Assembly (NCBI GenBank): GCA_963750165.1
Contig: CAVVPN010000004.1
Coordinates: forward strand, 224,001 to 288,000
Direction: 5' to 3'
DNA from: an uncultured Gemmataceae bacterium
GTDB lineage: Bacteria; Planctomycetota; Planctomycetia; Gemmatales; Gemmataceae
Length of the DNA: 64,000 nt
Shown: piece by piece, positions 23,901 to 36,804 of the stretch
How positions within the stretch are numbered: the stretch's first letter is position 1
Layout of the letters: every line of letters begins with the position of its first letter
Made by a program: the position numbers and the translations under genes
The notes under the pieces: model-generated
What the model was told of the DNA's origin: nothing
The model's input: the letters and a program-made list of their open reading frames with translations, nothing else
The model's database searches: none

Positions 23901-26900
23901 CTGTTCATCCCACTGCAGCCCCAGTCAGGCCGCGAAGGGACCCAGATGCAGTTCAGCGTGGCGGCAGCGGATCCCAACGAACTGACGCCGACCTACAGCG
24001 TCGTATCGGGCCTGCCGGCAGGGGCCACCTTCGACACTTCCGCGGGACGTTTTCAGTGGGACCCCAATTACGGGCAGGCCGGCGATTATGTGGTCACCTT
24101 CGGCGCCAGCGACAGCACCGGACTGAGCAGCTCTTTGCCGGTCGAGATCGAGATCGACAGGACGTTCCGGGCGCCGACCCTGCAAGCGACCAACCACAGT
24201 GTCGTGGTCGGCCAGGCCTTCAGCTTTCAGCTCATCGGCACCGATCTCAACGCGGGCACCACCTTGACCTACTCGGCCATGGGCATGCCGGATGGAGCGA
24301 CCCTGAACCCGACGAGCGGCGTTTTCCAGTGGACACCGGGGCCGACACAGACCGGCGATTACGTGGTGCAGTTCACGGTATCGGATGGAACCCTGAGTGC
24401 CACCGAGCCGGTCGTCTTCCAGTCCACGATCAGCCCGGTCTTGCCGCAGGTGCTCGTGACCCTGACGCCCAGCTTCCCCGATGTGCCGGGTTCGCCCGTG
24501 CTGATCCACGTGACGGCGTCGAGCTTCGCTCCCATCGCCGGCAGGACGCTAAGCGTTAACGGCCAATCTCTGCCGCTGGACAGCCAGGGGCGGGCCAGCT
24601 ACACGCCGGCAGCGCCCGGCCAGTTCGCCATTAGCGCCACAGCGACCGACGGCGACGGCCTGGTCGGGCAGTACAGCACCGTCCTCAAAGTTCGCGACCC
24701 CAATGACACGGGATCCCCGGTCGTGACGTTGAGCCCAGGTTTGCAAAACGCCAGGCTGACGCAGCTCACCAGCATCGTCGGCGCCGTCAACGACACGAAC
24801 CTCGACTACTGGACGCTGGAGCTGGCGCCCAATGGCTCCAGCACGTTCACGACCCTGGCAAGCGGCACCACGTCGGTGGCCAGCAGCACCCTGGCTCAGC
24901 TTGATCCGACCACGCTGGCCAACGGTCCTTACCTGCTGGTGCTGACCGCCGCCAATATCAGCGGCAAGGTCACCACCGTCACCGATATGATCGAGATCGA
25001 CAGCACGTCGAAATCGACCCAGTACCTGACCACGGCCGTCGATCTCACCACGCAGCTGGGCGGCACCACCGTATCCCTGACCCGGCAGTATGACTCCCTG
25101 ATGGCGGCCCAGTCGGGCACCTTCGGCTACGGCTGGCGGCTGGCGAACACCGACGTTGACATCCAGACCAACGTCATGCTCACCGGCGCGGAAGCACAGG
25201 GCATCTATAATCCCTTCGCTGTCGGCACCCGCCTGTACCTGACGCTGCCCAGCGGCACCCGCGCCGGCTTCACTTTCGCTCCGGTGGCGCACCAGCAGAG
25301 TGGCGTGACCTACTACACGCCGGCCTGGACTGCCGACCCCGGCATCAACTACACGCTTAGCTCGGCCTACGACGTGATGCAGTTGGCGGTCACGCAGTTT
25401 TACGACCTGCGCACCGCCCAGCCGTACAACCCTGCCAGCGGCGCCTTCGCCGGCCCGCAATACACGCTCACCGGACCAGACGGGACGGTCTATTACCTGA
25501 GCACGCAGAACGGTGTGCAGCAAGAAGTCTTGCCGGGCGGGGCCACGCTCACGTTCAGCCAAAGCGGTATCGTCAACTCCACGGGCCAGTCCATCATCTT
25601 TGTCCATGATGCCCAGGGGCGCTTGACCACCGTGATCGCCCCCGACGGCACGCGTGTGGTGTACAGCTACGATGCCAACGGCAATCTGGTATCGGCCCGC
25701 AACATCACCCTGGGACAGGCCAACCAGTATGGCTATTCGAGCGGCAATCAGCATTTGCTGGAGTTGAACGTCCGGCCGGGCGGTCCGGACTACGCCATTC
25801 AGTATTCGCCCGCGCCCGCCGTCGCGCCGCTCGCGGACCTCGGGACCACCGGCCAGTTCCTGACCGCTCCCGCGGCGGGCACTCTGGCGTCAGGCACGAC
25901 CAATCGCTACGCCTTCGTGCTCACGCCGAGCGAACTGGGCGGCACCGCGTCGGGAACGGTGTTCCTTGGGGTTCAGGTAAAGGCCGCCGCGGGCAGCGGC
26001 CTGCAACCTGCCGTGCCGCAGATTCCGGGGATAACGCCGCGCTACAGCAGCACTTCGGCAGGCAGTGCTGTCGCCCTGTTCAACCTGAGTCAGGCCGGTT
26101 TGGAACTGCTCGATATCGCCGGCATTAACGCGACCACCGCCGGCGCCTATTCATTGACCCTGTTCATCGCCGGTGACGTCAATGGCGACGGTAACGTTGA
26201 TGCCGGCGACGCCCAGACATTGATGCAGGCTTTGGGAACCGCTGCCGGTCAGCCCAGCTACGTCCTGGGGGCCGATGCCAACCGCGACGGCGTCATCAAC
26301 TCGACCGACGCCGCCTTGCTGGCCGCCGACCTGGGTTTCCAGGCCACGAAGCCCCCAACGATCACGCCGGCCCAGGCCACGACCCACCTGAACCTGGCCG
26401 TCTCGATCGATCTGAGCCAGTACACCACGGATCCCCAGGGCCTGCCCACCTACTTCAGGATCATCAGCGCGCAGGCCGGACAGGCGCTGCTGCAGCCCGA
26501 CGGCCATACCGTTGTGTTTACGCCGGCCGCCGGCTACACCGGGCCTGCCAGCTTCCAGTTCCAGGCGGATGACGGCTATGGCACGTCGGCGCCGGCCACC
26601 GTGTCCATCACCATCAGCTCGGCGCCGTTGATCCGTCTGGATTTCGCCCAGCGCAACCCGCGCCTCAACCCCGGCGACGTGCAACAGATCTCCGTGACCG
26701 GCGATTTTGCCGACCAGAACGGCGTAGCGCTGCCGGCATCCTACGTGACCTTCCAGTCCACGGACCCGTCGGTTTTCTCGGTAACGGCGACAGGGCAGCT
26801 CACCGCGGTCGCCGACGGCACGGCTGTTTTGCTCGTTTCCACTCAGGGGCTTCAGGCCGCCACCGCCGTCGCGGTCGGCTATGCGCCGACGAGCAACAAC

Positions 26901-29900
26901 GAGCAATTGCTCTACGGACAGGGCCTGACGACCTCCCTCGCCGCCGAGACCCTCGCCGCCCATATCGGCTCGCACCAGCTCGACGTCAGCATCACCGGCA
27001 CGCAAATCGACATCAGCGCCGCCAGCACCGGCACGCTCTACTATGTCAGCAACCCGCAGGTCATCCAGGTTAGCCCGGACGGCATGGTGACCGCCGGCGA
27101 TGACGGCACCGCCACGATCACGGTCATCAATGGCCCGGCGGAAGCAGTAGTCCCCGTTATCGTTCAGGATCCACAGGCGGGGACGGTGACGGTTGGCGCC
27201 AGCGGAGCAGTTGTCAAAGGCAGCGACGGCTCGCTCGTGATGGTGGCGCCCGGCTCGGTCACGGGAACGACGCCCATCAGTATTGGTCCGGTGAGCCAGG
27301 CCAGCCTGCCCATGGCGGTGCCGGCCCCTATCCAGTTCTTTGGCGCCTTCGATTTCGACACCGGTGGCCAGACGCTGGCCCATCCCGTGCAAGTGATCGT
27401 GCCCGCCCCAGCCGGCGCGGTCGTCGGCACAGAGGTCTACTTCTACCGTGCCGGCACGCTGCCCGATGCCAACGGCAACCCGCAGCCGATCTGGCTCGAG
27501 TCCGAAGTCGGCAAGGTTGAGGCGGACGGCTTCGTGCACACGACCTCCATCAACGACATCGTGATCCCCGGCACCTACTTGTATGGCTCGGGAGACGACT
27601 TTGCCGAGATGGACGGCAGCGTGGGACTCGGGTCCGCCTTCGATGGTGCTTTCGCGATCCTGGACGCCGAAGGCTTCGGGGTCGAATCCCCTGATCCCTC
27701 GTTCAGCATGGATGTGCCTCAGGGAACCCCGAGCCTGACGCTGGAAGCGATCCCCGTCGCCGGTCCACCGACGCTCACGCCGCTCACCGTGAACATTACG
27801 GCGGGGCAAAACACCATTGACCCCACTGCCAATTTGCCGGCCTTTAGTTCGGCAAAGCCGCAGATCACGGGCCTGAGCCTCGACCTGTCTACCCCCCAGC
27901 AACCGAAGCTGACGATTACCGGAACAAACTTCGGCACCTCGAACGACACGGTTACCGTCTTCTTCCAGGTCGGCGGCCTCGACACCGTCCCCTTGCAACT
28001 CGGCGGCCAGGACGCCTACGCCCAGGCCACCGTGATCAGCTCGACGCAGATCACGGTGACGGTACCGAATACGATCGCACTGGGCACGGCCCAGATCTCG
28101 GTCATCCGCAATGTGTTTGGTACGGGAAAGGATATCCGCACCAGCAATGCCGTTACCATGCCCTTGAACGGCGGCTACACCTATGTCACCCAGCGCATCA
28201 ACAACGCCCTGGCCGTCGTTGACTCCAACAACAACATTGTCGCCAACATTCCCTTGACAATCGGCGACCCGCAGTACGTGGCCGTCACCCCCGATAACAG
28301 CCGCGCTTACGTGACCTGTCTCCCTTTCTCCGGCACGGGCGGCGTGGCCGTCGTGGACACGATCGACATGCAGCAGATCGGCGTGATCCCGCTTGTCGGC
28401 AACGCCAATCCCAAACCCTTCCAGATCGTCATCGATCACGCCGGCAAGTACGCCTATGTCACCGACTATACGTCCGCCACCATCTACATCCTTGACGTGG
28501 ATCCCACATCCAACACCTATGACACCTGCGTTCGCACGGTCATGAATGTGACTCCGAGCCAGTTCGGCCTGCGCGGCCTGGACATCACGCAGGACGGCAA
28601 GCGCCTGTATGTGGCCGAAGCGAATCGACCGGACCTGAGCTTGACAACGTCTCCGACTGCCAACGGGAGCATCCTCGTCATCGATCTCGACCCGACCAGC
28701 AAAACGCACTGGCAGCAGATCGGCTCGCTCGCCGCCGCCCAGGATCCCTATGCCGTCCGCGCCACCGCCAACCCCCAGGTGATGCTGTTCACCAACTTCC
28801 TGTCGGACAGCAGCGGCTTCAACATGATCGTCAACGCGGAATTGGCCAATCCGATGGTCGAGCCGTATTCGCTGACCATCGCCAATACGCCTGAGACCGG
28901 TCCCGACAGCGCCATCGAGAACCCCTTCGGCGTCCACAACGCCATGGATGTCGCGATCACGCCTGACGGCATGTACGCCTTTGTCGCCGGCTTCAACACG
29001 CCCGACGAAGATGTGCCGAGCAAGAACCAGGAGGTGCCGCCGGACAACCCCGCCGGCAGCAACATCGGCATCTTCGAGTTCAAGAGCCCGTATCAATCGC
29101 CCCAGTTGGTGGCCGCCACCCGCTCCATTCCCGACAGCTATATCATGTCCCTGGCAGTGTCTCCCGACGGCCAGTACCTGTATGCCCAGTACCCCGGCGT
29201 GGCGACCGACGCGGGCGGCGGCGCCCTCTTCGTCTACAACATCCCGGCCATCGAAAGTGCCGTCAATAATCCGGCGGTGACTCCCCTTCTCACGGAGTTC
29301 GGCGTCGATGACATCGACCCGAACACTGGACTGCACACGGCCCAGGACAGCAGCTATACCGTGCAGCACAATGAGCAGATCGACACACACGCCGCCTACG
29401 GCGAACTCAATGACAACCCTTTCACGAACAATATCGATTTCGGTATTTACGACCCGGCGCAGGCCCCGCTGCCCCTCGGCGGCCTGCCGCGCGGCCTGAC
29501 CACTCAGAGCTTTCCTTTCACCGTGTCCGACGCCTCGGGGGACGACAGCCCGCAGACGGTCTTCCGGGACGGCGCCCTCCAGGTCAGCTACAACTTTTCC
29601 GGGCTCACCGCCTCGTTCCAAAGCGCGACCATCCAGGCCCTGCAGAACGGCCTCGTGGTCGCCAACCTGGACGTCTTCACAGGTGCCGTCGCCTCCAACA
29701 TACTTGTCAATCTTGACGGCATGGCCACACCACTTGCCGGCGGCGATTACGAACTGCGCGCGGTGGCCCAGCTCACCAACGGCACCACCTTCACAACGGC
29801 GCAACAGCCCATGACCGTCTTGACCGTCGAAGGCCCGTTCACGGGTACCTACACGACCCACACCTTTGTCTACAATGAGCCGGCAGGCACCGGGACTGTC

Positions 29901-32900
29901 TTCTATGCCGCGGGCGGCACCGACACCCTCGACCTGAACCTGGACCGTAGCGCGATTGCCAGTCTCGACGGCCAGCCGTTGGCCCAGTTCAATCAGAATA
30001 TCCACGACTCGATCACGAGCCAGGCCATTTATCACGGCAGTGCCTACGACTACCTGCGGCTGACCGACGGCCGCGAGATTTATTTCCAGGGCATCGACAC
30101 CCTGCAATTCCTTTTCGGTGATACCTTGCAATTGCAGGTGCTGCCGAGTGAGAACGTGCAGCCCCCAAACCAGCCGAGCCAGATCAGAGACATCACTCAG
30201 ATGTCCGGTGATGAGACGAATGGGCAGATCGCCGTCAATCCCATGAATCCGACTCAGCTTTTCATGGCCTCCGAGAGCAGCACACACAGGGGTCTGGTCG
30301 TCGCCACGAGTACGGACGGCGGCAACACCTGGACCACTTCGATTATGTTCGACGGCACCACCAGGGATGCCGTGACAAATGAGTTTCTGCCGACTGCCTA
30401 TGGGCAACCCAGCGTGGCGTGGGATGGCTTCGGGAATCTGTTCTTGATTTACATGGACGGGCCGCTCGAAGCCGCGCTACTGGAAAGCAGCGACGGCGGT
30501 AATAGCTTCGCGCTTCGGACGCAGAACGCTTCTTTTACCGTTTCCCTGGGCACCGCGACGGGCGGCACTTTCACACTCAGCTACGCCGAGGAGTCTACCG
30601 ATCCCATTACCTACAGCCCTTCGTTGACGGCGGCTGCGGTTAAAGACGCTCTCGTCAAGGTCCTGATGCTCTTCGGCGCCGGCGAGAATGACGTTGCCGT
30701 CACGGGCCCCAACGGCGGCCCTTATCAGGTTACCTTCCAGAACATGCTCGGCGGAACTCCGGAGTTATTTTCCGGCTCCGGTGACGAGCTTAGCGGTGGA
30801 ACTTTGACTGTCACGCCCACGGCGATCGGCGGCCCGGACATCTGGCTCGCCAGCGATCTGCCCAAGGTCGCCGTCGGGGGCAACTCGGTCTGGGTCTCGT
30901 GGACGAAGGGGAACGTCATCGATGCCACCGGTGCTGCCGTGACCGGGCCACTGGCGGCGAACAGTCCGCTCGTCTTCGTCCCCCCTTCGGATATACCCCT
31001 ACCCCACCTGCCGCCCCACATCCTCCCTGACTACAGCAACATTGCCGTCGGCCCGAGCGGTCAGGTACTGGTTTCCTTCCAGGATACCAACCCAGCCGAC
31101 CCCGCTGCCATCTATACGTCCCTGAACAGCTCCGGTCTCGGCGCCTTGCCCTTAGGCGCGACCAACCGCTTTGCCACCGCGATCGTGGCAGCGAACACCC
31201 ATGTTAACCCCAACTACAGCATTCCGGCTTTGCCGACGGGTCCGAACCCAACGACCCCGCCTTTTGGCATCAACGCCGGCGGCCAGGTGGCTTTCGACCC
31301 TAGCGGACGTGCCTACGTCGTTTACGTTAACAATACTTCCATTGGTACAACCAGTCCCCATCCCAACGATACGGACATCTTTGTGAAAACCTCCACCAAT
31401 GGAGGTCAGACGTGGACTTCTATGCCAGTGGTGGTAAATGACGATTCGACCTTCAACAGTCAGGTCTGGCCGAGCATCGCCGTCGATCCCACTACCGGCC
31501 ACATCGGCGTTTTCTGGTATGACGACAGCAACGATCCTAACCAGGTGCTGCTGCAGCCCTACGCCGCCGTCAGCAGCGACGGGGGACAAACGTTCGGGAG
31601 AAACATCCAGATTTCGACCGGCTACACCAATGGCGTCGGCCATACTTTTGGCGTCGGTCTTTACTCGGGGCTGGCTTTCTATGGCGGCATCTTGCACCCC
31701 GTGTGGGCGGACAATTCCAACAGCACAGCCGCCAACACCCCCCCGATGATCAATCCGGACGGCGCCGGCGCAGGACTGGACATCTATACGGTTGCGCTTC
31801 CGGAGAACGCGGCGCCCGTTCTCGGGACTCCGGCCTTCCCCACCCAGTGGAACCTCTTCGTCACCGGCGTGCCCGATGCCTGGCGCTTCACCACCGGCTC
31901 CAGCGATGTGCTCCTCGTCTCCCTCGACACCGGCATCCCGTCGTTGCCCACGGGAACGGGCGGCGACGATCTGAGTCAAACCCGCGTGCTCACGTACACG
32001 CTGTTTTCCTTCGAGACCGACAACGAGCAGCACGGCCATGAATCTATCAGTGAGATGTCGGCGATCCCTAACAACAACTGGGATATTGCCGGTATCAATT
32101 GGACCAGCAGTGTGCAGGTGTGGAATGTCGATCCGGATGAAAACGCCGCCGTCTCCGATGCAATTAAGGCCGCTCTCATTGACAGCGACACGTATGTAGC
32201 CATTCAGGCCGCTGTCGCCCAGGCCCAGGCAAACAACCAGCGGATTGTGTTCCAGGACAGCATCACGACTCCTATCACGAGCGACCTCAGTTCTGTGATC
32301 GCGGCGAACTCGGACAACGCCTTGTTCGCCAAAGCCGCCGGTAACGGCGGCCCCCCCGGGGCTACCGATCCGAACTATCTAAACAGCGTCGAGGGTATAG
32401 GCGCGCTGGCAGCCACCGATAGCAACGTCATCTCTGTGGGCGCTTTGCAGCACACCCAGGACACGGTGGACGGCTTCGCAAACGCCTCGCAAGTCAACCT
32501 GGCCTCGTATTCGAATCGCGGTTCCAACCTGACTCTGGTGGCGCCAACGGATTCGCCCGCGACGAACAGCGGCGGCAAGGTCAACATCTTCACAGGCACT
32601 TCCGCCGCCGCTCCCAACCTGGCCGGCATCGCCTCGCTCGTCTGGAGCGTTGACCTTAACCTCACCGCCGGCCAGGTGAACGACATTCTGACCGGTACGG
32701 CGATTGATCTTGGTGCTCCAGGCCGCGACAACACTTACGGTTACGGGCTGGTCGATGCCGACGCCGCCGTGCGCCGGGCCTTTGCATTGAACGCGAATCC
32801 GGCTCTCGCCAACCTCTACAACAATGACGGCTCGCGTGTTGGCGCTCCCGAGACGGGGGTGCCCCCCACGCCCCCGCCACCCGAGCTGGCCCCCATCAGC

Positions 32901-35480
32901 GCCCAAAACGCCACCGAGGGCCAGACCCTGACCATCCCGCTCATGGGCCTCATCACCCAGAACACCACCGACCCAAACCATCAGTGGACCTACACCATCA
33001 ATTGGGGCGACGGCACTCCTCTCCAATTTGGCAATGCCATCATCGATGTTGCCGGCTCCGAGGCCCATTTCGACGGCAGCCACCTGTACACCACTGCCGG
33101 CAGCTATCAAGTGACCATGCAAGTCCAGGATAACCTCGGGCTCAGCACTAGCGAGAGCTTTACCGTCACGGTCGCCGAGGTTCCCCCGCACCTCGATCAG
33201 CTCACGGTTGCTCCGCAGTACAACGAGGGCGATGTCGTGGACCTTGGCGGTGTCGGCTACCAGGCCCCCAATCCTAACCGTGTCTACACCGCGACGGTCA
33301 CCTGGGGCGACGGCACCACCGACAACGGCCTGGTGGAAGAGATCACGCGCCCTGATGGACTTTCCGGCGGCGTGATCACCTTCCCCACGCATGTCTACGC
33401 CACCAAGGGCCAATACATCATCACGGTCTCGATGCAAGACGATGCCGGCGTCGGAGATACCACATCGACAACGATCACGGTCAACAACCTCCCGCCGACC
33501 ATCGACCCGCTCAATATTACTTCCCCGGCCAACGAAGGCGATCCGGTGAGCGTCGGCGTCACCTTCCACGACCAGGGCACGTCCGAGACTCACAACGCCG
33601 TCATCAACTGGGGCGATGGCACGGCCACGCAGACCGGCACCGTGGTGGAACACCCCTTCGGACCGCCCGGCTCGAGCACGGGCGCTACCGGTTCCGTCAA
33701 CTTCATGCCCCATGTCTATGCCGATGAGGGGACCTACACGATTTCGGTAATCGTCACCGACAACCTCGGGGCGTTTGCGACGCGAACGTTTACCCTCACG
33801 GTCAATCCCGTGCCGATGACCATCGACTCCATCGACGATCAGATCGTCAATCAAGGCGATGCCTTCTCGCTCAACGGCCCCGACGACATTGTGACCTTCC
33901 ACGCGCAGGGGACCGCCGATCAGCACATTGCCAGCATCAACTGGGGCGATGGCACCGTTAGCAAGGGACAGGTGACGGAGCATAGCGGCCCCTCGGGCAC
34001 GCCGGTGCCCAACGACGGCACGGTGCTGTTCCCCGACCACTACTACAATCACCAGGGGACTTACCAGGCGACGGTCACCATTTCGGACCGGGACCCATCC
34101 TCGCCGGACGTACCCACGACGGCGACGTTCATTGTCACCGTTTTCGGCGTGGAGCCGACCATCGGCAGTATCGCCAACCAGACGGTGACTCCGGGCGACC
34201 CGGTTCAGATTGGCCTGGTTGGTTTCGCCCCTCCGGGATCGCAGACCTTCCTGGCTCCCGGGAGCACCATCACCCTCTCCGGCAGCGGCTTCACGGGCGC
34301 GACCCAGGTGTTCTTTGTGGACGCCAGCGACAACAGCATTCCCGCACTGAGTTTCGGCGTGGTTTCGGACACGTCCATTTCCGCAATGGTGCCGCTCAAC
34401 CTGTCCGGGCCCCAGACCTTCTCGGTCGTGACCCCGGCAGGCACTGTGCCCGCGGAATTGGCGAGCAGCTTCGATACCTACCAGGCCACCATCGACTGGG
34501 GCGACAACTCGACCCCGGATAACGCCATCATTACAGAACCACTAGAACCTAACGGCACTCCCTTCGTCCCCCTCGCCGGCACTCTCAGTTTCCCGGACCA
34601 CGTCTACGCGGCCAACGGCATGTACACGGTGACAATCACCCTGACCGATACCTATCTGACGAGCACTCTCTCGCCCGCGACGGAGACGTTCCAGGTAACG
34701 GTAGGCAGTCCCCAGAAGTTGGCCGGCATTCCCAGGCCGGCGACCTCTGGCGCGCCTGATTTGACCGAGGCGGAACTGACGGCCGCTGTGAGCGAGGCCG
34801 TTTCCCTGCTGGCGGCCGCGGGCTTCAATGTCAGCATCTTGAGCCAGGTCGAATTCCATATCGCCCCCTTGCAAAACTCCCTGCTCGGCGTCACCTTCCA
34901 GAAGAACATTTGGATCGATGTGAATGCCCAGGGTTACGGCTGGTATACCGGCGTCCTGGCGGCCTCCGGTGCCGCCTTCGCCCAGCCTGTCGCAGGCAAC
35001 GAGTTTGCGGCCCTGCCCGGCAGCCCCGCCTTCGGCCATGTCGATCTGCTCACGGTGGTCACGCACGAGTTGGGCCACGTTCTCGGCTTCGGCAGCATTG
35101 CTCCGTCCGTCCTGGCGCACGACTGGATGACCGCGACGCTGGAGATGGGAGTGAGGCGTTACCCGGATCAGCAGGAGCCTACCGTAACTGCCGACCCGGC
35201 CCTCGACGCCGTCTTCGCACCGGCGGCCATTCTCCAGGAGGACCGCTTCATGCTCCTCGCCCCGTCCGCCTCCGGTCCGATCCCTGACGGACCGTCCGCG
35301 GCGCCACTTAAGGCTGCCGCGGGCTTGCTGGCTGACGGCATTGACGACTGGTATCCGCCCATTACCTCGCTGGCCCGCGACGTGGCCGTGCAATCCGAGG
35401 ACAATCACGCCGCTATCGACCTGGTATTCGCCGACTGGAAAAAGTGGACCTCAGTTGATTGGGATAACGTTGATGGTTAA
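5980..35480 (+). CDS. Giant extracellular multidomain adhesin/protease (~9,830 aa; one 1-nt frameshift near 11272)
   Basis: RBS ggagg plus ATG 5980; basic leader and RPLLERLEPRVNPS (planctomycete LEPR-xLL signal). ORFs 5980-11385 and 11151-35480 join as GVASAPSQAGTYTVVASF if one C is restored in gcccg, matching the next repeat (GVPTAPTNVGTYTVLATF). Contains CARDB-like, Ig, YD, dockerin, propeller, S8, PKD and HELGH modules. Confidence 0.9.
6400..10226 (+). repeat. Intragenic tandem repeat, 711-bp unit (237 aa), ~5.4 near-identical copies
   Basis: Antisense shadow ORFs recur at exact 711-bp spacing (6909, 7620, 8331, 9042, 9753); G/S/T/N-rich beta-helix-like sequence with only a few substitutions between units. 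Confidence 0.97.
26170..26340 (+). other. Dockerin type I-like duplicated Ca-binding motif within the giant protein
   Basis: GDVNGDGNVDAGDAQTL ... ADANRDGVINSTDAALL. Confidence 0.85.
31840..32790 (+). other. Subtilisin (S8) peptidase domain within the giant protein
   Basis: QWNL..VPDAW, LDTG (Asp), QHGH (His), AAGN (oxyanion Asn), FTGTSAAAPNLAG (Ser), GYGLVDA. Confidence 0.9.
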
Positions 35481-35682
35481 CCGTAGTGTCACATTGAGGA
35501 TGTAGGAATTTGTCACCTTTTCTTTGGGACAATACCCAAGGAACTGATTGGGTGTTTGGAGCCTTGATGACCTTTCATCACTGTCCGAAGGAAACGGCAC
35601 ACGTCGGCCGTCATTTGTAGTCCACCGCGTCTGCGCCGTCTAATTGATGGACCTTCCCGAACGTCAGCGGCAACAGCGGTCC

Positions 35683-36640
35683 TCAGGGACCCACCTTCAT
35701 CTTTTTCAGGTGCGCCTCCGCCCCGTCGCCGAGCAGGTCGCGGTGCATCCGTCGCTCGTCGCCGAAAAATGCCCGGCCGATGTGCCCGTCCAGCACCGCG
35801 GTCGCCAGCAGGTTCAGCGCCCGCGCCTCATCGAAAATCCCCTCCGCGTAGAGGAGGCGACCGCCCTCTCCCGACTGGCCCAGCAACCGGGCGAAATACT
35901 GCGTGTTGACGTTGCCCTGGCGCGGCAGCGCCGAGCCCAGAATCAGCACGCGCAGGCGCTTCCACTCCGCGTCGGTCATGTCGGCTTTCCAGGTCGTGAC
36001 CTGCTTGTGCAGTGCCTCCAGTTGGGCCGCTGCCGCGGCCGCCGCGTTGGCCAGCAGCAGATCGCCAGTGCCGCGCGCGAACTTCGCCAGCGCCGCCGCA
36101 TCGACCTTCCCGGCTTCCAGCACCCCGTCCAGGAACTGCAGGGACGCAGCGACGATCTGCTGCTGACGGGCCAACGTGGCCTTGTCGAGCGCCAGGCCGT
36201 CCAGTGCGCGCTTCACCCGGCGGACCTGTTCGCGGTAGCGCTCCAGTTCCTTCCGGCGGTCGGCAGTTAGTTCCGCGGGCGGCTCGGGGCCGCCCAGGGC
36301 GGTGTAGAGCGCCAGCGGGATGTGGGCGATGTTCTTCAGCGCGGCATAGGTGGCCGGCCTCGTCTTGACCTCCGTGCGCTTGCCCTTGCGGAGCAGCACC
36401 AACTCATCGCCGGAGGCGATGATGATCGGGTCGAGGCGGCCCAGTGTCTCCTTGCGGGCGCGGCTGTAGACGGCGCGGAACGTCTTGTTGGCCTCGTCCA
36501 GTGCCTGGTCCGCCGGCTGCGCGGCCGGCGCCTGGGCGGCGGGGCCGGCGCTGCACGAGCAGCATCAGCGCCGCGGTCAGGACGGCGAACGTCAGCAGCC
36601 CGGCGGCGCGGCGGCCGACGGGGCTCAGGGTCCGTTGCAT
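35683..36640 (-). CDS. Hypothetical secreted helical protein (frameshift near 36560)
   Basis: Signal-like MQRTLSPVGRRAAGLLTFAVLTAALM from ATG 36640 (gagga RBS); continues in a shifted frame as AQAPAAQPADQALDEANKTFRAVYSRARKETLGRLDPIIIASGDELVLLRKG into ORF 35683-36402. Confidence 0.7.
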
Positions 36641-36804
36641 GGGGAAGTCCTCAAGGAGGTCGGGGCGGCTGCGGCCATGCTGCACCATACCGCGGTGGGG
36701 CGACGGAGGAAAGAGGCGGCCGCTGGCCAACACAAGCGGTGGGGGGTATAGTGTGTCCACGATGAGTGGGACGGAAGCGCTTCTCGCATTCAGGAGACGG
36801 CAAG

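Noticed and set aside
24700..25800. Rhs polymorphic toxin
   Set aside because: Only a few YD-like repeats; no Rhs core ending in DPxG, no toxin tip and no downstream immunity gene.
26151..30407. 1,418-aa minus-strand ORF and other long antisense ORFs over the giant gene
   Set aside because: Expected stop-poor shadow frames of a high-GC3 coding strand; no recognisable motifs.
586..35680. Bona fide mobile genomic island
   Set aside because: No integrase, transposase, tRNA or flanking direct repeats seen; only a compositional impression.
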